Of a stretch of DNA of 64,000 bases, positions 47,376 through 60,988 are shown in pieces (the first letter of the stretch is position 1; each line of letters opens with the position of its first letter). The stretch lies in assembly GCA_051362555.1 (NCBI GenBank), contig CM120644.1:19676534-19740533 (forward strand), written 5' to 3'. The position numbers and the translations under genes are program-made. This DNA is from Lingula anatina. Its lineage: Eukaryota; Animalia; Brachiopoda. A model generated the notes under the pieces. The model did no database searches. It saw only the letters and a list, made by a program, of their open reading frames with translations, and had not been told where the DNA came from.

Positions 47376-49554
47376 TTTTTATGTACAGACACAGATGTGT
47401 CTGTACATATTGCCATCACCTGCGTCTGTCGTCGCCGTCGCCGGCGCCGTGCACTTTCCTTGTAAACACGATAAGTGGAAGGCAGTTTTACTTTTTGGCT
47501 TTATATTAACAGAGCTGATGAATATTCATAAAATGCAGGTCAAGTTCGAAAATCAGCATGATCGGGCCATTATTGTAGAAGTTATGCTGTTTTTTCACTT
47601 TTCAGCATATATGCAACCTTGTAAACACATTTAAAGGAAAACCGTTAGGCCTGTTGTCATGAAACTCACAGGAGTAATCAATCTTACTAAAACGCAGGTC
47701 AAGTTCGAAAATCGGCATGATCGGGCCACTATTTTAGTACTTATGTTGTTTTTTCATTTTTCAGCATATATGCAACACTGTAAACACAATATAAGAAAAA
47801 CATGTAGACCAGTTGTCACTAAACTCACAGTAGTGGTTAGTCTTACTAAAACGCAGGTTGAGTTCGAAAATTAGCATAATCGGGCCATTATTTTAGAAGT
47901 TATGCTGTTTTTTCAAATTTCCTCAGATTCAATTCTTAGGCATGTTAACAGTCTCATTATTTAACTAATAAGATACGTAAAAGTGTTTGTTTGACATATC
48001 CTGCATCTTTATAACATTGTTAGTTGATTTTGTAAAAATGATGGTAAACTTGTTATCGTGCATTGTGTAATAAAGTTTCAAAAATGGAAATAAACTCATA
48101 TCATTTCAGTTTGTCAGATTGAATCATTCACTATGTTCAGAATCTCAGAATGGAGGAAATTGGACATGTAACACTATTCTATTGATATTTTTCCCATCTC
48201 ATCAATTTTCTTAGTTGATCATATAAAAATGGCAGTAAACTGTTAATTTTGTTTTATGTTAAAAAATTGTTAAAAATGGGAAAACACCCATTTCAGAACA
48301 GTGCTGTCTTGTTTACATTTTGGCATTTTCAAGGTGTGACTTTGAAGTTCCATGGGCCTGCAGACCTTTGCTAGTCACATTTTCTGAATATCCATGATAC
48401 TAATATTTTATTATTAAAAATTGATGGTCATTATGCTGTTAAACATTATGTAATATTGCATCAAAATTTGAAGAAACCCCTATTTTGGGCACTGCTTCCA
48501 TGATGACCATGTAAGGAAAACCATGTCACTTACTGTTCTTAAACTTACAGGAAAGAAACACAGGACTAAAATACAGCTTCAGTAAGCAATGCAATCTTTT
48601 TGGTAAATTTTTTCTGGCAATTAAACAGTTTTTTTTTTGTGAAAATTTAACTTTTCACATATTGGCATTTTCAAAGTGTGACTTGGAACCTCCACGGGCT
48701 TGAAGACCCATGCTAGTCACATTTTCTGAAAATCCATTATACATATATTTTATTATTAAAAGTTGATGGTCATTTTGCTGTGAAGCATTATGTAATATTG
48801 CATTAAAATAGAAGAAAACACAATTTTTGGTGCTGCTGCCAAGATGACCATTATGGGAAAACCATGTTACTTATGATTGTCAAACTTTCAAAAAAGAAAC
48901 ACAGGACTAAAATGCAGCCTGAGTTGGAAAAGCAGTCTAATTGGCTTCTTTTTTTGGAAGTTATACATTTTAGTGAAATATTCATTTTTTTTCGTGTTGG
49001 CATATTCATTGTGGGACTCGGAGCTCCCATGGACATGAAGCTGAATGGTAATCAAATTTTCTACATGTCCATGCTATTTGTAGTCAATAATCAAAAATTG
49101 GTGATAATAATTCTGTAATATATTACGTAATGTTACATAAAAATGGACAGAAATCTTTTTGCACTGCTACTACAAAAATTATGAAAAGAAAACTGTGTTA
49201 CTTCTTATTTTTAACTTACAAGTATGATTTTTAAGATTGGCATGCAGTTCAAATTAGAAAGCCAGCTCAATTGGGTTGTCATTTATTATTGAATTATACA
49301 ATTTTGTGTGAAATTTTCATTTTTCTCATTCTGGCATTTTCAAAGTGTGAACTTGAACTCCCATGGGCCTGAAGCCTTATGCTTGTTACACATTTTACTT
49401 ACATTGGTATTACCTGTTGAGCATAATTAAAATTTGATGTTGAATTTGTAGTTAAGCATAATGTATTTTTACATCAGAATTGACAGTAGCCTATTTTTTG
49501 CATTGTTATTTCCTGCTTTTTGTCTGTACATTTGACAGCTTTGCTGCCTTGTTT
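47376..49554 (+). mobile_element. Complete HINE/DINE-1-like Helentron derivative with internal tandem repeats
   Basis: 5' T-run, palindrome TGTACAGACACAGATGTGTCTGTACA, (GTC/GCC)n microsatellite, ~160-180-bp and ~355-bp core repeats, 3' subTIR TGTCTGTACA plus short hairpin and Ts. Inserted at a T-run with no TSD; removing it rejoins the LINE RT. Confidence 0.82.
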
Positions 49555-49729
49555 ATATTTATATACATGTTCAGACCATTTAAGATTGTTAGTGATAAAA
49601 ACACCCAACAGTTTGAAATGGGATACTTCACTGACACGAGTTCCTCTAATATTAACTGATTGACATTTTGTCTCTGATTGTGTAAAGTTTACTGTCATAG
49701 CTTTTGTTTTGTTCAACACACTCCTCCTT

Positions 49730-49845
49730 GACCAGCTCAAATTCTGGACCATAAGGCTGTTCATGTTGCACACACCAAATGCCAGTCTGTCTCCATCGCC
49801 CACAAATGGGTTGTAACATAGACCATACTGCTCCATGGAACTACA
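49730..49845 (-). pseudogene. GDGD-type transposase fragment, downstream part
   Basis: SMEQYGLCYNPFVGDGD; paralogous to ~29050-29160. Confidence 0.75.
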
Positions 49846-49883
49846 AAAGTGCTATGACTGAATATCTTAAACTTTATAGCACA

Positions 49884-52800
49884 GGGTCATTCCATATCAA
49901 CTCATCCAGCGAGGGTACCCTCCGTCAAGAAAGTTGCTGATTTTCACATATTTTGTAGATATTATAGGGACTAGAAAAAACCTAAAATTTTAGATTGAGA
50001 TCTCAACTGGTTTCAGAGTTATGACACTCCAAAGTTGGACCCAGCTGAGGGCTTGCTGTGCCTCACATGAATGTAGGTCATGGTGACCTAGTTAAGAAAA
50101 ACACTTTAACAATAGTTCTGCATATCCCATTGCTTTGTTGCTTTCATGACTTTATATTTTAACATTTCAGGAATCCAACTATCACACTGAAAATGGTCTG
50201 GCATATTTAAAAAGCACTTAATTTTCACTTTGAAAAATCCTTGTCATTTTTTCAAAATGACAGACACCCCACCCTTTTAATCTAATTTTTCTCAATGTCT
50301 CCAAAGGGACAGGTGTTTTTGCTTTATCTCATATTAAAGAGGAGGCTTTGAACTTAAAAGTGAAAGTGTTAAATCAAATTGTATATTTTGGAGACAAAAG
50401 TAATAAAACATTATAAGAAAATATGTGATATGGGCTATTGCATGGTCACTGATCCAGAACAATGTGCTATCAAACACCCAAATTTAGAAATATCTACATT
50501 AGTTTACCTGTTATCTTTCAGAATAAATTGCCTATGATGTTGTTATACTATAAAATATTTTCTTTTGATGTGAATGAAATTGTTTTATGCAGATATTCTT
50601 TTAATTATTGACATCCCAGCAATAGACCAGTTTCCATGTCTCCATCCAACCTACTTGTTGTCTCATGCCTTTTAAAAGATATTTAAAACCTAAATAAATA
50701 ACCATATTATACATGTGCCCAAAAATTTATTGTTTTATTTTAATGTACATGTTTTCTTCTTTTTTGTAGGTCAGAAAAGTTACATGTTTATCATCCAAAC
50801 CCAATCTAAAGCTGCAAATAATGTTAGAGGCATTGCTCTCAAAAATATTCAATGTATGGATTAGAAACAAAGTTTGGTAATTCTTATGGTCCCACATGAA
50901 AAAGTGTGTATCAAAGTTTGTCCTGGAACCACTTGTCATAAAAGTTAATTCATAGTCTGACCCCAAATGTTACTGTCACAAATGGAAATTTTTCAACTAT
51001 GAAAGTGTTGTGCTCACTTTGCAAGCTCATTAAGTGCTGATTTCTTTTATTATTTCATCATCTAATTTTTACAATTTGTATAAAGTTGTTAAAAACATAG
51101 CAATCTTCTCTACAGAACAATAATTTTTGCTGCAATTTTAGTTTGTTTGTCACTGAATTTTATAAATACAAATGCAGCATGCTAACAGTAAAAGAAACAT
51201 AAAATGAACTATTTTCTATATATGGTGCAAAAATTATGTCAGAAATGCCAAACACTGTGCATTTTATGTATATGTTTCAGTTGATAGCAAAACACCCTTT
51301 TACCTACTGCACTAAGGACTTGGTCAAAAATAACCTTTTTTTTTCGAACATTTTTCTGGGAAACATAAGTTACCTATGTTTTAACCATGTGGCAAACCCC
51401 CTTGAGTTACAGTTAAAATATTTTGAAAGACATCCTTATGTCAACTTTACATCACAATGTCCCATGACTGGATCATTACAAATATTATATCACCTGGAAC
51501 ATCCATTACCAGTACAGTACATGTTGAGTGTGCAGTACCATTTAGGCTTCTTACATAATGGTACACACATGATAAATATTGCATGTATAAGTAAATTTGA
51601 GACAGCAATGCATTTTTGTTCTACAGACTACACACAGGTTATAAAAATTGATTACAATTTCAAAATTCAATTGGTAATATTTTTAATACTACAGCATGTG
51701 AAATTCACCTCTATTAGGTTGGGGTAATATGCAGAATGCTTTGTATAACTATTTACATTAAATGTATTCTAAGGATAACATTTTATCTTACATAATCTAC
51801 TCACCCAGAATTTTCTTTGGTCAGCAAGCATGATATACTTTGCAAAATTATCATCCCTGTTCCTGTCACTGGCAGATTATATAATATTATGCAGGGTGGC
51901 CAAAGGAAAATTTGTGAGAAGTCCCTTTAATATTATGTATCATAGGTTAAATTTTTTTAATCATCTTTAACTAAAATAAAAATGGTTATTATGGAAAAAT
52001 CATATTTTTTAGGTTGTGTAAGATATAATGTTAACTTGAAACTACATGTTACAGTTGTACAAAGTTGTAGCATTCTGTACATGTATATACATGTGTACAT
52101 GTAACTATTTTGACATTTAGATAAATAGATAAACATGTACATTATAATAAAACAATAAGTTTATGGGCATATGTATGATATGGTTATTTATTTAGGTTTT
52201 AAATATCTTTTAAAAGGCATGAGACAACAAGTTGGTATGGATGGAGACATGGAAACTGGTCTATTGCTGGGATGTCAATTTAATTAAAAGAATATCTGCA
52301 TAAAACAATTTCATTCACATCAAAAGAAAATATTTTATAGTATAACAACATCATAGGCAATTTATTCTGAAAGATAACAGGTAAACTAATGTAGATATTT
52401 CTAAATTTGGGTGTTTGATAGCACATTGTTCTGGATCAGTGACCATGCAATAGCCCATATCACATATTTTCTTATAATGTTTTATTACTTTTGTCTCCAA
52501 AATATACAATTTGATTTAACACTTTCACTTTTAAGTTCAAAGCCTCCTCTTTAATATGAGATAAAGCAAAAACACCTGTCCCTTTGGAGACATTGAGAAA
52601 AATTAGATTAAAAGGGTGGGGTGTCTGTCATTTTGAAAAAATGACAAGGATTTTTCAAAGTGAAAATTAAGTGCTTTTTAAATATGCCAGACCATTTTCA
52701 GTGTGATAGTTGGATTCCTGAAATGTTAAAATATAAAGTCATGAAAGCTACAAAGCAATGGGATATGCAGAACTATTGTTAAAGTGTTTTTCTTAACTAG

Positions 52801-53004
52801 GTCACCATGACCTACATTCATGTGAGGCACAGCAAGCCCTCAGCTGGGTCCAACTTTGGAGTGTCATAACTCTGAAACCAGTTGAGATCTCAATCTAAAA
52901 TTTTAGGTTTTTTCTAGTCCCTATAATATCTACAAAATATGTGAAAATCAGCAACTTTCTTGACGGAGGGTACCCTCGCTGGATGAATTGATATGGAATG
53001 ACCC
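49884..53004. mobile_element. Non-autonomous Sola2-type element with ~870-bp TIRs
   Basis: Near-identical inverted repeats 49884-~50753 and ~52130-53004, termini GGGTCATTCC, 4-bp TSD CACA. GRG termini, long TIRs and 4-bp TSDs are Sola2 hallmarks. Confidence 0.85.
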
Positions 53005-53059
53005 CACATTTTATTTAACGAATGACATAATGACTGTACTTTTTATGATACTATGTTCA

Positions 53060-53720
53060 CATGAGTTCAGCATGAAGAATGTGTGTCCAGCACTTTCCCT
53101 GTATCTACTGATATCACTGCAACGAACCCGTGCTTAGAATTGTTGCGGCTCTGCCATGAACTATCTATCGTGATGGCATAGTCCACAACCTTCCCCGAAC
53201 TACGTCCACGCCATGCAGAAGTTGTTTTACTTGTAGCACCACCTTATCCATGCTCTCCTGGGCAGTCTGTCGTGCTATGTCTCCTAACTGTTTGGTATTG
53301 TCCAGCCAGGGATGGCTATGAAGAAGGAGAGGCATGGATAAAAATGCACTCAGTCTTTTAGGAGCATGACAACCTTTTCCAACCGCACGCATGCCCAAAA
53401 CGCTAGCCCTTTTTATTTTAAAAAATATCCAGTTCTTCTAGAGGTCAATGTCTACCCTTCCTCAGACACGCTGCTGCAGAACACACATGCCCATTTCAAT
53501 TAACTTGACCATCCCGCTTGGCACCTTGTTGATTTCTCTGTCAGCCGTACCTCATCCCCAAGCTCAGGTGGCACTGACGCTTTGTTGCAACTGGCTGCAG
53601 TGCCAAATACTGTATCCAGTACAAAAGCAAACCAGACTTCTTCATGACTTAAAGTAGTGGTTGACTGGACTGTTTTATTTTTTCCAGCATCTTTCTGTAT
53701 GACATGGTGGCTTCTAGGGC
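53060..53720 (-). pseudogene. GDGD-type transposase fragment, upstream part
   Basis: GMRAVGKG...AFLSMP...ARQTAQESM...VDYAITIDSSWQSRNNSKHGFVAVISVDTGKVLD; paralogous to 29330-29540. Confidence 0.78.
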
Positions 53721-54945
53721 ATGGCTTTTTATAATAAAGAACAGATAGTTAAAGACCAGCGAGAACATCCCTAGCCTTCATCTCATCCAGATATACAACA
53801 CATGGGATGTGACAAGTTTTAGGACAAGTGGGATTTACACAGCCAGAGACAGGCAGGTAATATGGTAAGCAGTGTCATTACAGTAATGTGACAAACAAAT
53901 TTGAAGTTCACTCAGTTGGAATCGATAAATTATATTCTAAAAAATTTGTTTCTGGACTCCAATATTTGAAACAAAAGATAATCTCCTGCAACTATTACTG
54001 TATTTTTTTTTATTTTATTTTGGCAAGACATTATACACATGAAGTATGTGATACTGTATGCAAGCTGGTGAATTGATTATGTTTTCTGCATACCATGTCT
54101 CTTCGTATGTTGTTATGCTTTCAGTGGCATGGATGAATTGGTACATTACGGCTTTTTTCCTTATTTGTTTAGGTAATGTAGAAAAAAATATTGCCATGTT
54201 ATGATTTAAAACTATTGCATCAAATATAACTTCATGCCTCCGGCATGTTTCTTAACCTGCTTGTTGGAAGAAGTTAAACTATGTATTTGTAAGGTACATC
54301 TTCATTTTAAGCTGGAAATCCCTGGAATGTTCCATCATAAAGAAAAATACTATAAACAGCTATGACAAGGGGATGTGGATCAAAATAAGAAAAATGATAT
54401 GTCTGCCCTTAACATATTTTCAGTATTTCATATATTTATTTTAGAAATATGTACAGAGTAAAAAAAAAATTGCATGTACATTTGTGTAAAATCAATCTTG
54501 TTACTAGCATCTTTCATAAATACTAACATGAGCTACTGCTATTGTTAAACGTACTTTAACGAAGTTAAAGAAATTCATTTGTACATTCAGCACAAACTTT
54601 ATTTTTCACTTAGCTACATGGCTGAAATTTGTGTTTTGAAAAATAGGTGTATGATATGAAATAGTTTTTGTATTTTGTTTTTTTTTTATTTTTCCAGGAC
54701 TTCGACCTACATCAAGGAGGTCCCTGCCCAAGACGACTTGATTGTCTTCTAAGCAGAGTAGGCATATAGAAAATTCTTGAGATATTCAAGAGAGGCTACA
54801 GGTAATAATTAAATAGTTTTTTTATTTTAAATTGACAAAAACATTGTTTCATTATAATTTTAAGACCTTTTGTTTCAAAATGTCAGTAAATAATTGGATT
54901 GAGTTGTTTGTGTAGAACATTCACAGTGTCTAGGTTGCCCTCTAA

Positions 54946-55180
54946 GGACCCAATCTAAATGAAACTACTGTTCTACAGAGATAGATCCAAATCCGTGTGA
55001 TTCTTGCTGAATGCAATCAGATTAACATGCTTCTTCCTTGCATTGAGTAAAATGTAGAAAGAAGCTGGTGATTATACAAGTTTGTGGAAACGAGGTGTGT
55101 TAATCTGATTGCATTCAGCCAGAGTCCCTGCAAAGTTGGATCGATCTACATAGAATGATAGTTGCATTAGGAATGTGCCC
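54946..55180. mobile_element. Fold-back Tourist-like MITE
   Basis: ~85-bp imperfect TIRs including a perfect 22-bp GCTGAATGCAATCAGATTAACA pair; TAA on both flanks. Confidence 0.75.
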
Positions 55181-55389
55181 TAAATCAAAATAGTGGGTAA
55201 GTCTACATTTAAGTTTGGGTTTGATTTTGGAAAAATTATGACTGCTGCTGCTTCTTTATTGTAGAAATTTTCTATTGAGGTTTTGACTTTGGCAAGTGCT
55301 TTTTATTTTGGGAACAAACTATGAATGAATTGTGTTCATGTTATGCTTACAAGAATTCTAATGGGGCACTACACTATTTCCCTTTCAGC

Positions 55390-55635
55390 TGGCAGAAGAA
55401 AAGGATTAGAGTTTTCAAATATTATGACCTTCATCACTGGACTGATGGACATGCAGTTTCTGGGATTTCAGCGCCAACCAAAAGTCACATTCTCTTTTAC
55501 TGTGGACTCTTTTTTGCATACCCACAGAAATTATTGCATTGAACTTACAATTGCCCTTGCTATGAGGTGAGAAACATCACCAAAACAACTATTTGATTTG
55601 TGGGACTTTTCTATCATTACACATTTTGGACTATG
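55390..55635 (+). pseudogene. HECT (G2E3-like) C-lobe remnant
   Basis: LEFSNIMTFITG...LGFQRQPKVTF...YCIELTI...HFGL. Confidence 0.55.
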
Positions 55636-55739
55636 TTACAGAAATGCCATACACTGAGTGTATTGTTACTGCTGTTTCTCTGTTGGAATTGGATTGAGAT
55701 AATTGTCGTGTTTTAATTCACCGAGAGGAACCTTTATTT

Positions 55740-55779
<40 letters not shown>

Positions 55780-58282
55780 GTTGGGTATTGAGAACTTTCA
55801 AATGGCTGTTCAGTGCAAGGAAACGGTGGAGTTTTGGGAAGGACACTAGGTTTATATACACTGTGCTTGGTGTCAGTATACATTTGACAAGTTGATTTTT
55901 TTTAATTTGATTTTTACTGAAATATGCCTGATTATGGCAGTGGGAGCCAGTGTGGATGACTACACCTGAAGTGCCCAGTGCATGCTGGGAGCTTATCAGA
56001 TGTGCATGCAAAGACAACTGTACAGAATGTCAATATTGAACTGGATCAAGATCCATGTTCTCCTCTTAGTAGATGAAATTACCAAATAATAATGATATCA
56101 GTTGTTATTAATGATAATCATTTGCATTGAAATCAGTATGAATCTAGCTAATCATACAAATTGTAGGATGACAAATACAGTTATCTTGTTATGTTAGCAG
56201 TTCTTCTAAATTTAGTTAAAAGGGAGTAAGTAAGTGCTAGATTTTGTGTTCAAAGATCAAAGTTTGTATGTGATATTAAACTATTTATTTTATAAACAAA
56301 ATAAATATTGTTAATATTTCAGTAATGCGTTTTTCCTTGTTATTAAAAAAACTCACTCATATGTAAAATAAATGTTTGCTTTTAGAAAAAAATGGATAAA
56401 ATGGTAGTATTTGTTTATTTGACAAATAAAATGTTATGGCAAATTTGCATTTATAGCATCTGATTTAAGGTTACCTCTAAGTTCTGTTTAAGCGCATAAG
56501 TCAGCTTCCCAAATCTTATAATGGTAGCCAGTCTTTTTTCATTTTACCCTTTTTTATATTCAGTAAACCATTATAGAAATGTATAAATGCCTCAAATGGA
56601 TAGTTCAAAAGCAACATATTCTTTCCTGGGATGGGGGGGGGGGGGGGGGGGGGATTATCCTGAGGAGTGTCCTAGAATCGTCCGACACGCCAGTCGCTGT
56701 AAACCGCCAAACCATATTTTGTTTTACTTTAATTTAACTGGGTGGCTTTGTTTGGTCAAAAATAAGGTTCATTTCTAAATCGAATTCTTTTGTAAATATT
56801 TTTCCAATGTTGTTTTATTCGGGGTTGTTTATTCGGCCACGTAAAACCACCACCCTGGTCCCATAAATGGACGTTTATCCAAGAAAGTGTGGAATTATAG
56901 AATTATATCAACGATCGATGTTGTTGCGATTGTAGGGTAATTCCCCCATACTTGGACCCATATTATACAGAAATAATAATTTTTAGAATGTAGATATTTC
57001 GTCCCTGACAGTCTATGAATTATAAGTTGCGCGTCTGCATCCAAAGATATTCAACAGATTTAAAGAAATTAATGGAAGATACTGTATTGACTCCCGCCTA
57101 TCAATTGGCAAAAATTATCAACCTTTCAAATACATTATTATGAAATTTGTATTTCCTTGAAGCATTTCTGGTGCTTTTTACTGCGTACCATTCAAATAGA
57201 ATGTAGTCTGCTTTTCAGTTTTGTTGTTACCATGCACTCGACGTCCTCAACGGGAACATTCTGATTTAAAGAAATCATGACAAAAATACAGTGTCCGTAA
57301 CATTCACAATTATCCTCATTGGAAAGATCAAGTTATTACCGCAATTCATCAAAGATTGTTTCAATAATCCATAGCACTGTGAAATTCATGAAACCTAGGG
57401 TTCGTGTACATGCATACAGAAAATGTAGCCCCTTACTTGGGTGTCATCTACAGGGATATTGTCCCACATTTCTGTGTGGTTAAGATTAGAATATATGAAA
57501 TGGCAGATATGATGAATTTTCACCTGACAAGTAAAACTATAATACTGTCTCCACGGGTGGGCTGCATGAGTAGCAAAACTCGCCAGTTAGGGCAGCGTGG
57601 CTGTAACAGCTCTACTTGATTCTACTGGACGTTCACTACCCCGGCTCAACCGGTACTTTGTGTTGGTCGTACGGGTCAATGTCATCGCCTTGTAAAAATC
57701 AAATATTTTCCGCCAAATATTGCGAGGAAAGCGATGAAACGGCTGAAACGGCATGTTTTAATCTTAAAGGGATAACTCTTCATATGAAATTCATTTTTCA
57801 TAATAAATACATTGTAAACAACCCATTAAAATATAATAAATTCCATTTTCCCACCTAAACAGTGGTTAGCGCAATTATTCTGGATTTTGTGCTTGTCATC
57901 AGACCAAGTGGGCCTTCATAGATGGCTATATCTCAGTAATAATCTCTTAAGAGAACATTACAAAAAATCGCATTTTTTTTAACCTTATAGGCTAACTTTG
58001 CTCACGGGCAAAGTTTTGCTTCTACCTGCCCAAGAAGCACAGAGTCCCAGCAAAAATTTATGTAATACTGACAGTGACATAACTTCGTTACCGCTGTTAT
58101 TTTCACAAAGATATGCACGGACACGGCACTCCACTGGCCGCAAGCTGACGATCCGAGTTTTATATCTTGACAGTTATGACAGCTTTCTTTATTTTAATAA
58201 CTGCTATATATAAAAAAAGATATATTAAAAAAGAGATAAGAATGAGCCAGTTTGTTCAATAAATTGCGTGTTTCTACTATAA

Positions 58283-59264
58283 GGCCACACTTTTTTATTT
58301 TTATGGATGACATCCTCTGGGTACCCCAAAATCGGTGCGAGAGGGCGAAAAAAAAAAAAAAAAAACAGTCCAAAAAAAAAAAAACTGCTTAAGTAAAGGA
58401 ATGCTGTCAGTACACAGCTGGAAACACAAATTTAACCACAGAAACACGTATCAAACTAACAATATGTCTTTATCCATGCTCTCAAAATATTAAAGCATTG
58501 TGAATACTTCGTAGAAATGTAAAAAAAAGTCATGAATTGATATACTTCATATTACCAAATCTATTAATTTAAGGTTATTTCATGCATTCATTTGGTATAG
58601 CAATCAATAAAACAAATATCAATCAAACAGTGCGTCTTTATTTGTATTCTCAGAATATTAAAACATTTTGAACACTTCACAGAAATGTTTAAAAAATGAT
58701 GCAAAGATATGCTTAATACTACCAAATCTATTAAAGGTCATTTCAGACGATGCCATTTTGTCAACTTCAACTCACACAAAGCAGCTAAACTGTCAGGTGG
58801 CCTGTCCGACCTTCAGCCGACCAAATACCTCGACGCCCTTGTCGACCCTTTTTTCGCTACAGAAAACCTGGTATTAATGTGCTGCTTTATACAGAATGTC
58901 ACAGAAATGTTTCGGCCGCCTCCAGCCTTTCGCACAATTGTAAAAAGGTGATATCTCCATGCCCAATATCAATGGCATACCAATCCAAAACGATGGCGCC
59001 CGTTCTCTTGATGACTTTTATTGTTGTGTAATTTGAAAGTAATCCTAGAGATGAATTTGACAGCAAAGTGGCCGCATTTCCACGTGGCGAAAATACGCAT
59101 GCGCAGAAAGCTCATTTCCTTGCAAATTCAATAACATCGTTTGCAACAACCGACTTCGTTGGGGGCTGGGGGGGGGGCTTTTTTTTTTTTTTTTTTTTTT
59201 TGGAGAACGGGCGAAAATCCGTGCGCGCGCAGGATGTCATCCATAAAATTAAAAAAGTGTGGCC
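58283..59264 (-). mobile_element. Non-autonomous PIF/Harbinger-type element, copy 2 (inverted)
   Basis: Same TIRs as 20096-21220, TAA on both flanks, collinear internal homology in reverse orientation. Confidence 0.85.
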
Positions 59265-60437
59265 TAACCTAACTAACAGACTAACAGCGACCTCTGTGGC
59301 CAACGTTGTAATAAGGGTACAAGTGGGCATTTGAGTACTATACCTGTTGCAAAAAAAGTTGTCCACTGTATATGCGGCATACAAGAGTATAATTATCTTA
59401 TGTAATTAGTTGAGCCTACATAATTACCTACGGTTAGGGTGGGTCCAAGCCCCTCTCTGACCACAGGGTGCGCTAGTAGTCTGTTACAGCCAGTATTTTA
59501 ATTTTGTATGGTGTTTTAGTCTATAAGGTGTCCCAATATCGTTTCAAACTATTTCAGTTTTCGCGAGTGTAATTTCTGTTTATAGATTTTGATAAAAAGA
59601 TGATAAATTAAGACATATTCAAGGCTGTTAATCACACTAAATGTGCCAAATATCCGTAAGTCGTCAGTAAGAAGCAAAACTATTTGTCCTCTCGGAACAG
59701 TTTGCACTTTCCAACCAATAGGAAGGCTTATATAGCAGTTTTTATATTGCCGGTAATAATGCTAATTTGTTTTCCTATGACGTCACAAGAAGTAGTGATA
59801 TCAGAGTCCTAGCTAGGGTGCATTCCCAGAGATTTAGCTCGACCTAACTCCCTGGTGTTTCACGCTAAATTGCAGTCAGCCGAGCGCGCACCATAGTTAA
59901 TTACCCCCTTACAGCTTTTAGTAGGCGGGACAGACGCTTAAGCCGGCTAAGCTGACAGTAATCTAGTGAGACTCCCCACAGGGGTAGATCGATCTAAAAT
60001 CTATGGGAATGGGGTCCTAGTTATAGCTATAGCTATTGCATGGGAGTACAATTATTCTATTGTTCCGTCGAGGGATAGATACCTATAAAAGAAAAGTGTG
60101 GAAGACAAATTTATCAGGAGCTCAATCTGGACGAATTCGCCGCCAGTTCAACAGCTCTGCTATACAAATACAACTTCCATTTGGACCAAAAAGTTTGAGA
60201 TTTCTGGACAATGTAGTGCAGCATCTTTGCCTCGATTGTCTAGATTAATAACTGTCAAGTATTTTCAAAAATCACTACATTATGTTGCTTTTATAAAGAT
60301 GATTTGCCACTGCTTTTGTCACTGTTTTCAGACTCAATCGCTTCTGATAATCAGTAATATCTATGTGTATGATTGAAGATGTTACTTTGATTTGAGATTA
60401 TTCTTTCTTTATTCAGAGCCATAAAGTTTGAAAAACA

Positions 60438-60583
60438 ATGAAAATTTCACTAGTTGCCGCTGCATTGTTACTGGTGGCACATTTGGTGGAAGCCACCAGT
60501 GAGAGATCAGGGAACGAAGTTTATTCTGCCCAGAAACGGTCTTCACTCACGAAAGGTCTTGCTCGCAGAAGAGCTGCAAGTAT
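60438..60583 (+). CDS. Secreted Cys-rich peptide precursor, coding exon 1 (signal peptide plus pro-region)
   Basis: Acceptor tttattcag at 60416. AAACAATG then MKISLVAAALLLVAHLVEA signal peptide. Tandem donors GTATGT (60580) and GTAAAT (60584). Confidence 0.7.
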
Positions 60584-60988
60584 GTAAATCTGTACTTTGG
60601 TGTTAACTGTTGTAGAGCCAATTTAGAATAAAATATCCTGATTGAAGAATATTCTTCACATTTGTCGGGTGCTTATTATTATTATTTTCTGTTTGCTTTT
60701 AGAAAAATTTACAACACACAGTCCAATAAATTTTCTAAATGTTGTTACTGTACTAATTTTGTGCCCTTCTCTGCAAGGAAGATTCCAGAAGAAATGATAA
60801 ATAGAAACATTTTTATACACGTTGGGCCTATATATAACAAATTAATGAATAAAAATAAAGACACACCAGTAAATGAATGAATGATTTCCATATTACTACA
60901 TGGGAACTGGGGACGCAATAGCCGTCTTTGTAATAGTGCCCAGTTTATCAGATCAAAATTAACTGTTTAATGCATTTTCTACTTTCAG

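Larger units (their letters stand above)
46097..49715 (-). mobile_element. 5'-truncated L2/Crack LINE split by two nested insertions
   Basis: KTKAM...FKLLGVFITNNLKWSEHV (49555-49715) joins FFLRKLK...YQSLIRTVVEYACPVWH...IQSRALRII (47035-47370), then KIRTERFKNTFIP (~46380-46425), AATAAA and a (CTTA)n tail. Confidence 0.85.

Noticed and set aside
51236-51727. 163-aa ORF inside the Sola2 element
   Set aside because: No transposase motifs; low-information AT-rich composition.
20096-59264. 39-kb composite transposon bounded by the two inverted Harbinger copies
   Set aside because: Each copy has its own TIR pair and TAA TSD and the two are clearly diverged; independent insertions are the simpler explanation.
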